A stretch of DNA of 64,000 nt, taken from Bacteroidota bacterium. GTDB lineage: Bacteria; Bacteroidota; Bacteroidia; JADZBD01. The DNA lies in the NCBI GenBank assembly GCA_040756415.1, contig JBFLYZ010000015.1:87-64086 (forward strand), given 5' to 3'. Position 1 is the first letter of the stretch. Each line of letters starts with the position of its first letter. This document shows, one piece after another, positions 26,401 through 35,732 of the stretch. Under the pieces are notes generated by a model that was not told where the DNA came from, ran no database searches, and saw only the letters and a list, made by a program, of their open reading frames with translations. A program made the position numbers and the translations under genes.

Positions 26401-27204
26401 GTGAACCAATTGCCGGTAATCACCTTCGCGCCTAACGACAGCGCGGGCTGCGTGCCGCTGTGCGTCAACTTCAGCAATAATACTTCCAACCCGCAATCCA
26501 GCTCCTGGACATTCGGTGACGGAGGTACATCTACCGCCACCAGCCCGCAATATTGTTACATGACCCCCGGCACCTTCAACGTGTCGTTGACCGTGACCGA
26601 TATCAACGGCTGCTCCAATACGCTGACCATTAACCAGCTCATTAACGTATATCCCTACCCGACCGCTGATTTCGGCATGTCGGCACAGCAAACCAGCATT
26701 ATTGAGCCGGAGATATGCTTCACCAACCTGTCGGTGGGCGCTTCGTCCATCAGTTGGAATTTTGGCGATCCGCTCGCTTCTCAGAACGATAACAACAGCA
26801 CGCAGCAGAACCCCTGCCACACCTACAGCGACACGGGCACCTATTGCGTAACGCTATATGTGACCAACCCGAACGGCTGCCGCGATACGATCGACTATTG
26901 CCTGTACATAGGCGGTGCCTTTACCTTCTATGCTCCCAACGCATTTACGCCTGATGGAACGGGTCATAACGACTCCTGGACGCCCAAGGGCGAGGGCATC
27001 GATCCGTCCAGCTATCACCTGTGGATATTCGACCGCTGGGGCAACCTGATCTGGGATACCCAGAAGTGGGGCGAGCCCTGGCCGGGAACCGCCAACGGGG
27101 GCAGCGAGATTGTGCAGGAGGACGTGTATGTATGGAAAGTGAAATGCAAGGATATCTACGATAAATCGCACGAATTTGTAGGCCACGTATCCGTGATCAA
27201 GTAG
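23437..27204 (+). CDS. Large T9SS type B (gliding-motility C-terminal domain) surface protein with SprB-like and PKD repeats
   Basis: Signal peptide; FVENKGQF N-domain; ATGL.AGTY..VTD..GC repeats; WTFGDG/WNFGD PKD motifs; YAPNAFTPDG..ND...IFDRWG...GHVSVIK CTD. Confidence 0.92.
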   Translation: MPMNTFSLPRIICFTISTLLTFGAAAQSNGWTANPFDQRVFVENKGQFDKSINEPTPVLFGANSVGTHAYFTANSVWYRHDVVVDMTPLEKAEVRKVQPNIEEERLNKSVPLYMKMEWVGANPNCKVETSGLVHNYFTYPKDGSVNTQTIIAQAYKKITYKNLYPNIDVEYIMPTDKYGYKYSIILHPGADLTKVKMKYSYHNSIAKDNQGNIVVQSVFGEFVDHAPYTFYDENNVVIPSSFELNGNVVSFKLQNYNSSKTVIVDPWTTNPAFPTWNRVYDVNYDQWGNVYAYGGNFPWQLAKLNNAGVIQWTYTAAAMYNSGCSTGACYGDCAVDEISGTCYLTEGFDWAAGSRVFKVNTLGVQTAASVGNPNFNEIWRAEYNRCINTIIGVGGGTTCCFQAILIDTNLTNMNPVNVYSTNQTNHDQYGLAIDPVANFCYMAEAYYGNPTNAMVKVPIPALLPQTWNTTNGFNFFEVGSVPYVMGATSNTNGFNALAASINWLYAYNGTTLKKFNKMTGAQLLQVATGGTMYATGGTTVDVCDNVYVGAGNVIKGYDPSLTQFTTINCNGTIYDVKMGPNNGKIYACGDGFVSELTVPVNTTTISASSSPNTNCSNCNGSATATVTICNQTVSNVGYSWSPGGQTTQTATGLCPGLYTVTISTGCNVTFSDTVTVGSAVGGGFTLNTTSTGANCSGGNATATATPVGGQGPFTYSWTTTPVQTTQTATGLGAGTYTCFVTDAQGCSNSTTVTVVNSPPVNLSLTGSTNPACFNACTGTATVNPTGGTGPFSFSWTTTPSQNGATATGLCAGTYTCYVTDAAGCSDTATVTLTQPTQVTVSSTPVTICNGQSTNLTATVAGGTPGYTVSWNPGALTGTTVSVSPTVTTTYTITVTDANGCTTAPVTVTVTVGGPLTLTASNPVAICVGSSTTLSALAGGGSGTYTYAWAPGGSTTSSITVNPTTTTTYTVTVNDNCGTPAQTDTVTVTVNQLPVITFAPNDSAGCVPLCVNFSNNTSNPQSSSWTFGDGGTSTATSPQYCYMTPGTFNVSLTVTDINGCSNTLTINQLINVYPYPTADFGMSAQQTSIIEPEICFTNLSVGASSISWNFGDPLASQNDNNSTQQNPCHTYSDTGTYCVTLYVTNPNGCRDTIDYCLYIGGAFTFYAPNAFTPDGTGHNDSWTPKGEGIDPSSYHLWIFDRWGNLIWDTQKWGEPWPGTANGGSEIVQEDVYVWKVKCKDIYDKSHEFVGHVSVIK

Positions 27205-27223
27205 AACGGAGTTTCCTGATCTG

Positions 27224-27262
27224 AAATAAAGGGCGCCATTCGCAAGAGCGGTGCCCTTTTTA
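27224..27262 (+). terminator. Intrinsic terminator
   Basis: AAAGGGCGCC-loop-GGTGCCCTTTTT. Confidence 0.7.
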
Positions 27263-27392
27263 ATTTCCCTTTTTTGAGATGCCTCTACAGTGCCCGTCAA
27301 GGGCAGAATATGAATGTTGAAGAAAAGGCTTAGCTTTGCCCGTCACACCTCAAGGTTCCGAAGCCCAGGACCGTTCAACAAAACCAAATGCT

Positions 27393-28232
27393 ATGAAAAC
27401 AGTGATCGTAACTGGCGGTAACAGCGGCATAGGCAAGGCCACTGCCACCGAGCTGGCCCGCAAAGGCTACCGCGTGATCATCCACGGGCGCGATGCGCAA
27501 AAGACCATGATCGCCCTTCAGGATATTATCAAACAATCGGGCAACAGCAGGGTAGAGGCCGTAACGGGGGATATGTCGTCTGTCGCGGGCATGAAAAAGG
27601 TGGCCGAAAGCTTCAGGCAGAAGACCGATGTGGTGGACATACTCGTCCTATCCACAGGCATCATACTCTCCAGGCGTGTAGAAACGGCTGACGGGCTGGA
27701 GGGCGCCTTTGCCGCGCAGTACCTTTCGCGCTTCGCCACGGTGCAGTGGCTCATGCCCATGCTCAGGAAATCGCCTTTCGCGCGCATCGTAATGGTGGGG
27801 GCGCCCACCATGAAAAAGGCCGCCATACATTTCGATGATCTCTCCCTGCGCAATAACTTCAGCATGATGCGCAGCATGGGCCAGTGCATGCTGGCCAGCC
27901 ATATGTTCGTTCAGGAATTCGCGAAGCGGCATCCGAACGATAACGTGGTGATGAACATCTTCCACGTGGGTATCGCCAAAACGGGAGTGGTGAGGGAAGT
28001 GAATGTTGTTTTCCGCGGGCTGGTCAAGCTCTTTGGGGCAAGCCCGGAGAAGGCCTGCGCCAACGCAGTGTACCTGGCCGATAATGATGAGGTGAAGTTC
28101 AGCGGCTACTTCCTGCCCAAGCCCGGTAAGCCGCATGTAAAGGAAAAGATACAGTACGACCATGCCATTAGCGAGCGTCTGTGGAACACCAGCATGGAGC
28201 TGATAGAGCCGGTTAAAGAAATGGCTGTTTAG
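27393..28232 (+). CDS. Short-chain dehydrogenase/reductase (retinol dehydrogenase-like, atypical)
   Basis: VTGGNSGIG Rossmann motif; canonical YxxxK not evident. Confidence 0.85.
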   Translation: MKTVIVTGGNSGIGKATATELARKGYRVIIHGRDAQKTMIALQDIIKQSGNSRVEAVTGDMSSVAGMKKVAESFRQKTDVVDILVLSTGIILSRRVETADGLEGAFAAQYLSRFATVQWLMPMLRKSPFARIVMVGAPTMKKAAIHFDDLSLRNNFSMMRSMGQCMLASHMFVQEFAKRHPNDNVVMNIFHVGIAKTGVVREVNVVFRGLVKLFGASPEKACANAVYLADNDEVKFSGYFLPKPGKPHVKEKIQYDHAISERLWNTSMELIEPVKEMAV

Positions 28233-29533
28233 GCCTGAGCAGGCAAGCCTACCGGCAGCTTTATCCTGAACGCAGTGCCTGACCCCAGGCGGCTGTCTGC
28301 CTCAATGGTACCGCCCAGCTTTTCGATGGTTGCCTTAACGATATAAAGCCCCAGGCCTGATCCTTTAGAACTTTCGTGGCCGCGGTAGAACATATCGAAT
28401 ATCTTGTCTTTTGATTCCTCCGCAATGCCCGAGCCGTTATCGGATATTTCGATGCAGACATGGGGCGTGCCGTTCTTGTGGAAGCGGATATGTACCGTAG
28501 GGTCGGGTTTGCCGTAGTCGTGGTATTTGATGGAGTTTTCGATGAGGTTCAGCAGCACGCTGAATACCGCTTCCTTGTCGGTGATCACCGGGCCCTCCAG
28601 GTCGCTGTTTATCGTGAATCGGATGCTGCCGAAACCGCGTGTGAATTTCAATGAGTCAAGGATATTGCCGGTCATCTCGCGCAGGTCCACTTCTGAAAAC
28701 TCAGCGTCCTTATCGCGTACCGACATGGCATGGACCAGCTTCAGCAGCAGCTCGTCCAGCTTGCGCGTGAGCTGGCCGATGGACTTAAGGTAATCCTTGG
28801 CTTTTCCATCGGGCTCCGCCTGCGCGATGTTGACCAGCCCCAGTATCGAGGCCAGCGGCCCGCGCAGGTCGTGCGATGACTTATATACAAATGTCTCGAG
28901 CTCCTTATTGACCTGCTTCAGCCGGGCTTCTTTTTCTTTCAGCTCGCTTACATCGATGGATACCCCGAACAGCTTTACCGCTTTGCCGGAGGCATCGAAC
29001 TCGTATTCACCCGAGGTAAGCACGTGTTTTATCTCGCCCTGCGCTGAAATGATGCGATAGTAGAATGAGAACGGCTCGTGTGTTTGCAATAACCGGCCGG
29101 TGATCTCCTTTACCTTCCCGAAGTCATCGGGATGAGTGCTTGCCAGGAACAGTTCATAAGTGGGCTGTACGGATCCCGGCTCCATGCCGTAGATGCGGTA
29201 GGTCTCATCCGACCACAGGCTTTGCCAGGTTTCCAGGTCTACCTCCCAATGACCTACGTGAGCGATCTCCTGCGCGTGGCGCGAGCGGTTCAGCGCGGTC
29301 TGCAGCTCCCGCGTGCGCTCCTGCACCTTTTTTTCCAATTGTGTGTTCATTTGCCTTATTTCGGAAAGGTATTTTTTTTCTTTTGAGATAGACGTGCGCA
29401 GCTCCTCGGCAAGCAGGCTCAGCCCGGTGGCGATATCATCGATCACTTCTCGATCACCGTTCACTTCTTTTACGGGGCTGTTGTGTTTTACAAGCAGGTC
29501 GGCCATTCGGGCCAGTCGTTTATTGTTATGCAT
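28229..29533 (-). CDS. PAS-domain sensor histidine kinase
   Basis: PAS (GHWE..WSDETYRIYG..THPDD), SHDLRGPL H-box, NLIENSIKY, DNGSGI, GSGLGL. Confidence 0.95.
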   Translation of the reverse strand: MHNNKRLARMADLLVKHNSPVKEVNGDREVIDDIATGLSLLAEELRTSISKEKKYLSEIRQMNTQLEKKVQERTRELQTALNRSRHAQEIAHVGHWEVDLETWQSLWSDETYRIYGMEPGSVQPTYELFLASTHPDDFGKVKEITGRLLQTHEPFSFYYRIISAQGEIKHVLTSGEYEFDASGKAVKLFGVSIDVSELKEKEARLKQVNKELETFVYKSSHDLRGPLASILGLVNIAQAEPDGKAKDYLKSIGQLTRKLDELLLKLVHAMSVRDKDAEFSEVDLREMTGNILDSLKFTRGFGSIRFTINSDLEGPVITDKEAVFSVLLNLIENSIKYHDYGKPDPTVHIRFHKNGTPHVCIEISDNGSGIAEESKDKIFDMFYRGHESSKGSGLGLYIVKATIEKLGGTIEADSRLGSGTAFRIKLPVGLPAQA

Positions 29534-29546
29534 AAGAATATTCGGA

Positions 29547-29948
29547 TTAATTGTTCCAATAGTGATTCCTGAGCCAGTGCAGCGCTGTTTCCTCCTCCGC
29601 GAAAAGCCGGGTGGGCACCAGCAGGCGGTTGATGCGCTGGAAGATAGTCCCGATGAGCATGCTTACGGGCGAATTGCCAAGAAAAGCGGCTGTGATAAGC
29701 ATGCGGCTTCCTTCTCCCGCAAGGTATTCCCTGGCCTGGCGCGATATGCCTTTTACCCCGCGGAGGTCGAACAGGACGGGATAGCTCAGGGCCTGGCAAA
29801 AATCCATTCGTACCTGCGTGCACACAAGGGCTACATCCAGGTCGATATCCAGCTTATCCGTAAAGCGGCAGATCAACACCCCATTTTGTTTGGTAAGCGT
29901 CATGTAGGGAATCGCAAGCGCCTGGTTTTTTCTGATCTCGAATGACAT
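29547..29948 (-). CDS. STAS/SEC14-like (SpoIIAA-like) small protein
   Basis: PVLFDLR..ISRQAREY..AAFL..P.RLF.EE.ALHWL pattern; co-oriented upstream of the kinase. Confidence 0.75.
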   Translation of the reverse strand: MSFEIRKNQALAIPYMTLTKQNGVLICRFTDKLDIDLDVALVCTQVRMDFCQALSYPVLFDLRGVKGISRQAREYLAGEGSRMLITAAFLGNSPVSMLIGTIFQRINRLLVPTRLFAEEETALHWLRNHYWNN

Positions 29949-30136
29949 GTATGATTTTAGTTGTTGTCGCAAAGTAACGACCTGCAGGGGGATTTTTCCA
30001 GCCGCCATTTGATGCCGGGTCACCGATGTAAGATTTTTACGGTTCCCGGATGGGGAAAGAGATAAAGCAGGCCGGAGATACCGGTATTACCAGGAAGGTA
30101 GGGCCGGCCGGACGCTTATGATCAGGAAAATATAAA

Positions 30137-31927
30137 TCAGGCTGTTACGCTGGCGCTGCCGTATATTTTATCGATCAGGTGCTTATTGGCTTCCAGGATG
30201 ACCTTGCGCTTGAGGCTGAGCTTGGGGGTCATTTCCCCTTTTTCTATGCTCCACTCGCGGGGGAGGAGCTGGGGTATCTTGATCTTTTCATACTGGGCCA
30301 GCACCGCGTTGGTCTTCTCCACCTCGGCCGTAATGCGGTCGATCACCTCTTTCTTTTTTATCATCTCCTCGTTGGTGGTATACGGTATTCCTTTGCGCGA
30401 GCACCATTCCCTTAAATACGCAAAAGCCGGAACGATAAGCGCTGAGGCGAACTTCTGTCCCTCGCCTATCACCAGGGCCTGCTCGATAAAAGGCGATTCC
30501 TTGAGCTTGTTCTCGATGACCAGGGGAGCGATGTACTTGCCGCCCGAGGTCTTGAAGATCTCTTTCTTGCGGTCGGTGATCTTCAGGAAGCGGCCTTCCA
30601 CGAACTCGCCTATATCGCCCGTGTGGAACCAGCCGTCCTTGTCGATCACCTCCGCGGTGGCATCATCGCGTTTGTAATAACCCAGCATGAGGCTGGGGCC
30701 TTTCATCAGTATCTCGCCATCTTCGGCAATCTTTACCTCTACGTTCTTCAGCACGGGGCCTACCGTTCCGAAGCGAATGCTGTCGGGTTCGAAATTATTG
30801 ACGGATATAACGGGCGAGGTTTCGGTAAGGCCGTACCCTTCCAGTACGGTGATCTTTGCGGCATTGAACACGCGGGCCAGGCGGGGCTGCAAGGCGGCAC
30901 CGCCTGAGCAAACGGCCACCACTTTACCTCCCAGGGCTTCGCGCCACTTGGAAAAGACCAGCTTATTGGCCAGTTTGAGCTGGGTCTCGTACCACCAGCC
31001 GTTGGCACCGTTTACCTCGTAGCGTAATCCCAGGTTAAGTGCCCAGAAAAAGAGCTTGCGCTTGATGCCGGTAAGCGTATCGCCCTTGGCCACGATCTTA
31101 TCGTATACTTTTTCGAGCAGGCGCGGTACCGTGGCGAATATCTGGGGCTGCACCTCCTTCAGGTTATCGCCAATGGTCTCCAGGCTTTCGGCAAAATAAA
31201 TACTCACTCCCAGGTAGATATATAAGGTGTTGAGCATGCGCTCGTACACGTGGTTGAGCGGCAAAAAGCTCAGCGCCCTCCAACTGCTTTCGAAAGGGGC
31301 CAGGTATTGCGAGGCCAGCGAGTTGCTCAGCAGGTTCTTATGCGAAAGCATCACGCCTTTAGGCGTGCCGGTGGTGCCCGAAGTGTATAATATGGTCAGC
31401 AGGTCATCGGTCTTTACGGAAGCCTTCAGCCCGTTCAGCTCGTTCTCCCTGATATTCCTGCCGCCCAGCTCTTTGAGCTCGCTCCAGTGCTTGGCCCCGG
31501 GTATGGGGTTGAAGGTGTAAATGAACTTCACCGCGGGAACCGTATCGGCAATGGGTTTTACCTTATCGTAGAGGTCTTTCGATGAAACGAAAATGAGCTT
31601 TACCTCCGCATCGCTGAGAATGAATTTGAGGTCGTTCTCGCTGATGGTGGGGTAAATGGGTACGGTAACGGCCGCTATCTGCTGCGTGGCGTAATCGGCA
31701 AAATGCCACTCGGGGCGGTTATTGGCTATGATGGCGATCTTGTCGCCTTTTTGTATGCCGGCCGCCAGCAGCCCGTAACTGAGCAGGTTTACATTATCTA
31801 TGAAATCCTGGGTGCTGTAGGTGATCCACTTGCCGCCTTCTTTCGCGGCCAGGGCATCGGGCTTATTGAATTTTTCCTTGAGTCGGGGAAGCAGGTCGAA
31901 GACGCGCGTTGGGGTTTGTTCCGCCAT
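30137..31927 (-). CDS. fadD: Long-chain fatty acid-CoA ligase
   Basis: YTSGTTGTPKG, EGYGLTE, WFHTGDIG, TDRKKEIFKTSGGKY. Confidence 0.93.
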   Translation of the reverse strand: MAEQTPTRVFDLLPRLKEKFNKPDALAAKEGGKWITYSTQDFIDNVNLLSYGLLAAGIQKGDKIAIIANNRPEWHFADYATQQIAAVTVPIYPTISENDLKFILSDAEVKLIFVSSKDLYDKVKPIADTVPAVKFIYTFNPIPGAKHWSELKELGGRNIRENELNGLKASVKTDDLLTILYTSGTTGTPKGVMLSHKNLLSNSLASQYLAPFESSWRALSFLPLNHVYERMLNTLYIYLGVSIYFAESLETIGDNLKEVQPQIFATVPRLLEKVYDKIVAKGDTLTGIKRKLFFWALNLGLRYEVNGANGWWYETQLKLANKLVFSKWREALGGKVVAVCSGGAALQPRLARVFNAAKITVLEGYGLTETSPVISVNNFEPDSIRFGTVGPVLKNVEVKIAEDGEILMKGPSLMLGYYKRDDATAEVIDKDGWFHTGDIGEFVEGRFLKITDRKKEIFKTSGGKYIAPLVIENKLKESPFIEQALVIGEGQKFASALIVPAFAYLREWCSRKGIPYTTNEEMIKKKEVIDRITAEVEKTNAVLAQYEKIKIPQLLPREWSIEKGEMTPKLSLKRKVILEANKHLIDKIYGSASVTA

Positions 31928-32004
31928 AGTGTTGATAATTGCTGGTTTGGTGCTATCAAAGTTAGGTTAAAAATCTCTAATTTGCTTCTGCAATGGTCCT
32001 TATC

Positions 32005-32235
32005 ATGAAAAGATTGCTCCTCCTGGCATTGATCCTGTTCCTGCTGCTGCCGGGCCCCGGCTGCCGCACCATACAATGCGATGATAAGCTCAAACCTTCG
32101 CAAAAGGCGCGTATGACGGCCCGCCTGCAGCGTAAAAAGGACCGGGCCTATAAACGTGAAATGCGCAAAAAGAAGCGCCAGGGCAAATACACCGCCCAAT
32201 ATGTTCATGTTTTGTTGATAAAGTCAAGCTGCTGA
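32005..32235 (+). CDS. Possible small basic exported protein/lipoprotein
   Basis: MKRLLLLALILFLLLPGPGC signal-like N-terminus, Lys/Arg-rich remainder. Confidence 0.45.
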   Translation: MKRLLLLALILFLLLPGPGCRTIQCDDKLKPSQKARMTARLQRKKDRAYKREMRKKKRQGKYTAQYVHVLLIKSSC

Positions 32236-32358
32236 TTTACAGGCCCAAACATCATTTTCTTCGATAAATACCAAAAAAATCACGACCAAGCCTTGCTTTT
32301 GGCGTATTAAGAATTACCTTTGCGCCCGATTTCAAAAAGGCCCCGGCCTATACAGAAC

Positions 32359-32760
32359 ATGAAAAAACTCGCTTTTTTACTCGGTATTGCTTCAGTTGTC
32401 CTGTTCAGCGCATGCGAAAAGGAAGAGATACAGCCTTGTATCCCCGCACAGGCGGCCGCGCAGGATATCACCGTGGAATACCGTGTCAATAATACCTCAT
32501 CCGATGTGCAGGTCGAGCTGCTGGTCCCTAACCAGGGCGGTACCGGGCTCGAGAGCAAGACCCTGCAGGTGAACCGCACCGATTATTCTTTTCAGTTCGC
32601 ATGGAAGAGCAACAGCCTGCTGTCCGTCAAGGCATGGAACAGCAATCCTTCATGGAAGGATATCACTGTTGAGATCTACGTGAACGGTGATCTTTTTCAA
32701 TCCGGCACGCTCGACCACACTACCGCGGTGGCCAGCGCTTCCGGCACCTTTGTGGAGTAA
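32359..32760 (+). CDS. Hypothetical lipoprotein
   Basis: MKKLAFLLGIASVVLFSAC lipobox; TACCTTTG promoter element upstream. Confidence 0.8.
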   Translation: MKKLAFLLGIASVVLFSACEKEEIQPCIPAQAAAQDITVEYRVNNTSSDVQVELLVPNQGGTGLESKTLQVNRTDYSFQFAWKSNSLLSVKAWNSNPSWKDITVEIYVNGDLFQSGTLDHTTAVASASGTFVE

Positions 32761-32827
32761 GTCTGGGCCGTTACAGGGCAATTGAAACGGCACCCAGGCA
32801 GGTTGGTTTGATTATTTTGATTTGGCT

Positions 32828-32860
32828 CAGAAGCCCCGCGAAAGCGGGGCTTCTGTGTTT
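32828..32860 (+). terminator. Intrinsic terminator
   Basis: CAGAAGCCCCGC-GAAA-GCGGGGCTTCTG then TGTTTTT. Confidence 0.85.
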
Positions 32861-32877
32861 TTGATAACTTTGAAGCC

Positions 32878-33765
32878 GTGCAGGCCATTGCCTACTATAT
32901 AGCGCTTCCCTTCATCTACGTACTGGCCCTTATACCTTATCCTCTCTTTCACGGGGTATGCGATATCGTTTACGTGCTGATCTATTACCTCATCGGTTAC
33001 CGTAAAAAAGTTGTACGCACTAACCTGCAGCGTTCTTTCCCGGAGAAAAGCCGGGCGGAGATCAGGCGTATCGAGCGCAGGTTCTACCGGTATTTCTGCG
33101 ACCTTTTCCTTGAGACCTTTAAAACGCTGGTGTTCTCGCGCCCTGCCGCCCTGCGCCATTGCAGCCTGGACGAGTCGGCCGTACGGCTCTTCGATGATTA
33201 TTACAACAGGAAACAAAGCCTCATCCTGGTGCTGGGCCATTTCGGGAACTGGGAATGGGCGGGCAATGCCTTCAGCCTGCAATGCGGGCATCAATTGTAT
33301 GTGATCTATCACCCGCTGAAGAACAGGTATTTCAACCGCCTGATCGTGCATATGCGCACCCGTTTCGGCACCCGCCTGGTGCCGATGAGAGATACGTTCA
33401 GGGAAATGGTGCGCTATAGGCAGGAGGTAAGCGCAACGGCCTTCATTGCCGACCAGACGCCAGCGCCCGAAAACGCCTGCTGGACCAGTTTCCTGAACCA
33501 GGATACACCGGTGTTCTGGGGCACGGAGCGGATAGCCCGCAAGCTTAACTACCCGGTGGTATATGTGTGCGTAAGAAGGACGGGCAGGGGCCGGTACAGG
33601 ATATTCGCTGAGACGCTTTTCGAAGAACCCGCGCGTACACCCGAGGGCGAGATCACCCTCACGCATACGCGCAGGCTGGAGCAGGAGATACGCCAGCAGC
33701 CCGAAATATGGTTATGGAGCCACAGGCGCTGGAAGCATAAACGCCCCCTTGTTAATACGCTGTAA
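32878..33765 (+). CDS. Lipid A biosynthesis acyltransferase (LpxL/HtrB family)
   Basis: GHFGNWE, FIADQ, PEIWLWSHRRWK. Confidence 0.9.
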   Translation: MQAIAYYIALPFIYVLALIPYPLFHGVCDIVYVLIYYLIGYRKKVVRTNLQRSFPEKSRAEIRRIERRFYRYFCDLFLETFKTLVFSRPAALRHCSLDESAVRLFDDYYNRKQSLILVLGHFGNWEWAGNAFSLQCGHQLYVIYHPLKNRYFNRLIVHMRTRFGTRLVPMRDTFREMVRYRQEVSATAFIADQTPAPENACWTSFLNQDTPVFWGTERIARKLNYPVVYVCVRRTGRGRYRIFAETLFEEPARTPEGEITLTHTRRLEQEIRQQPEIWLWSHRRWKHKRPLVNTL

Positions 33766-33809
33766 ATTTTAATCCTCTCCCTGCCCGAATTTTTGCGTAA
33801 TTTCGCCCG

Positions 33810-34784
33810 ATGCTCGATGGGAAAGAACTTATTCTGGCAACCAAGCCTTTCGCGAAGGAGATACGCTGGAAGAGCTGGTACCTGACCCTGACCACCCTGG
33901 CCGTGCTGCTGGCCCTGCTGGCCGGCACCTGGTTCATTCCCAATATCTATGGCCGTATCGCCTGCAGCATTTTCTCGGGCCTGGTGCTTGTCAGGATATT
34001 CGTGATCTTCCACGACCACCAGCACCATACCATCCTGCACCGCTCGCTTATTGCCGATGCCATTTTTACTTTGATAGGCCTTTATATGCTGGCCCCCACC
34101 AGCATCTGGAAACGGTCGCACGACTATCACCATAACCACAATTCCAAGCTCTTCAGCGCCAGCATAGGCTCCTGGCCCATCGTTACCAAAAAGAAATTCC
34201 TGCGCATGAAGCGAAGCGAGCGCTTCGGCTACCTGGCCATACGCCACCCGCTGACCATCGCTTTCGGATATATCGTGGTGTTCATCTACGGGCTGTGCAT
34301 ACAGTCGTTCATGAACAACCCCAAAAAGCACTGGGATTCGGTCATTGCCCTGGTCCTGCATTTTACCGTATTGGCCTGTATCCTCGTTTTTGCAGGCTGG
34401 ACCTATTGGCTGCTGACCTGGTGCCTGCCTTTCCTCATCGCCTTTGCCATAGGCTCCTACCTGTTCTACGCCCAGCATAATTTTCCGGGCGTAACCTTCA
34501 AGAACAATATCGAATGGAGCTACGAGCATGCCGCCATGGAGTCTTCGAGCTACATGGTCATGAACCCGTTCTGGCAATGGGTTACCGCCAACATAGGCTA
34601 CCATCATATCCATCACCTGAACTCACGCATACCTTTTTACCGCCTGCCCGAGGCCATGGCCGCCATACCCGAACTGCAGAAGGCCAAGACCACTACACTG
34701 AAGCCCCGCGATATCATCGCCTGCTTCAGGCTCAAGGTGTGGGACCCTGAAAAGAACAAGATGATCGGCTTTGCCGAGTTCTGA
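33810..34784 (+). CDS. Membrane fatty acid desaturase
   Basis: His boxes HDHQH, HDYHH, HHIHH. Confidence 0.93.
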   Translation: MLDGKELILATKPFAKEIRWKSWYLTLTTLAVLLALLAGTWFIPNIYGRIACSIFSGLVLVRIFVIFHDHQHHTILHRSLIADAIFTLIGLYMLAPTSIWKRSHDYHHNHNSKLFSASIGSWPIVTKKKFLRMKRSERFGYLAIRHPLTIAFGYIVVFIYGLCIQSFMNNPKKHWDSVIALVLHFTVLACILVFAGWTYWLLTWCLPFLIAFAIGSYLFYAQHNFPGVTFKNNIEWSYEHAAMESSSYMVMNPFWQWVTANIGYHHIHHLNSRIPFYRLPEAMAAIPELQKAKTTTLKPRDIIACFRLKVWDPEKNKMIGFAEF

Positions 34785-34827
34785 TTTAACATTCATTTAA
34801 CATGGTATCGTTTACTTTGTCTTTCCT

Positions 34828-35250
34828 ATGAAAAAGGTGCTGTTCGTTTGCATACATAATTCGGCCCGCAGCCAGATGGCCGAGGCCTTTATGAACCGCC
34901 TCGGAGCCGGTCGTTACCTCGCGGAAAGCGCGGGGATAGAAGGCGGCAGGCTCAACCCCACCGTGGTTAAGGCCATGGCTGAGGAGGGCGTGGATATTTC
35001 AGGCAACAGGACCAAGACGGTAGATGAACTGCTGGACCAGGGTAAACGCTATGACCTGGTGATCACCGTATGCGATGAGGCCAGCGCGGAACGCTGCCCG
35101 GTCTTTCCGGGAGGGGGAGCAAAGCTGCACTGGGGATTTCCCGACCCTTCCGCCTTTGAAGGCAGCGAGGAGGAAAAACTGGCCCGCACCCGCCAGGTAC
35201 GCGATGCCATCAGGAAGAAAATAGAGGAATTTCTGGGCGCTAACGGATAA
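34828..35250 (+). CDS. arsC: Arsenate reductase / LMW protein-tyrosine-phosphatase family
   Basis: [36 protein letters not shown]. Confidence 0.85.
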   Translation: MKKVLFVCIHNSARSQMAEAFMNRLGAGRYLAESAGIEGGRLNPTVVKAMAEEGVDISGNRTKTVDELLDQGKRYDLVITVCDEASAERCPVFPGGGAKLHWGFPDPSAFEGSEEEKLARTRQVRDAIRKKIEEFLGANG

Positions 35251-35593
35251 GCTGCACAAAGCCCGTTTCGGTCCGTTCGCGGCTATCGGCAAAGCGCACG
35301 GTGGCGATGTAATAGTATACACCCGTTTTGCACAGCTCGCCAGCAGTGGTAAATCCATCCCAGCGGTCGTTCACGCCAGCGAACTCGTACACCAGGGTAC
35401 CGTAGCGGTTGTAGATCTTGCAGTCGACCATGGTCACGGTATCGCCTACGATCGCAAAAGCGTCATTCACCCCGTCATAATTGGGCGTGAACACGTTGGG
35501 AATGCTGAGCGAGTCGGCCGCGGCCTGGGCCAACGAGGTATGTGCTGCTGAACTCAGCAAAAAGGCAAAAATGCAGGTAAGCGCGGCTTTCAT
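35240..35593 (-). CDS. Small protein: signal peptide plus lone T9SS type B sorting domain
   Basis: [16 protein letters not shown]...IYNRYG...WDG...GVYYY...GFVQLIR. Confidence 0.85.
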   Translation of the reverse strand: MKAALTCIFAFLLSSAAHTSLAQAAADSLSIPNVFTPNYDGVNDAFAIVGDTVTMVDCKIYNRYGTLVYEFAGVNDRWDGFTTAGELCKTGVYYYIATVRFADSRERTETGFVQLIR

Positions 35594-35732
35594 AACGGCA
35601 AGGGCTTTGGGGGTTCCGTCAACTGCCTGTTGTACGCATATCCCCCGGCCCGGGTTACAAATAAACCAAATGTTCGGGGCCTTTGTTGCGGTGCCTCGGA
35701 CCATTTATCAACAGGGCTTTTTTAAATTCGGC

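Noticed and set aside
34828-35250. Arsenic resistance operon
   Set aside because: No arsR or arsB/acr3 adjacent; a solitary LMW-PTP/ArsC-family gene.
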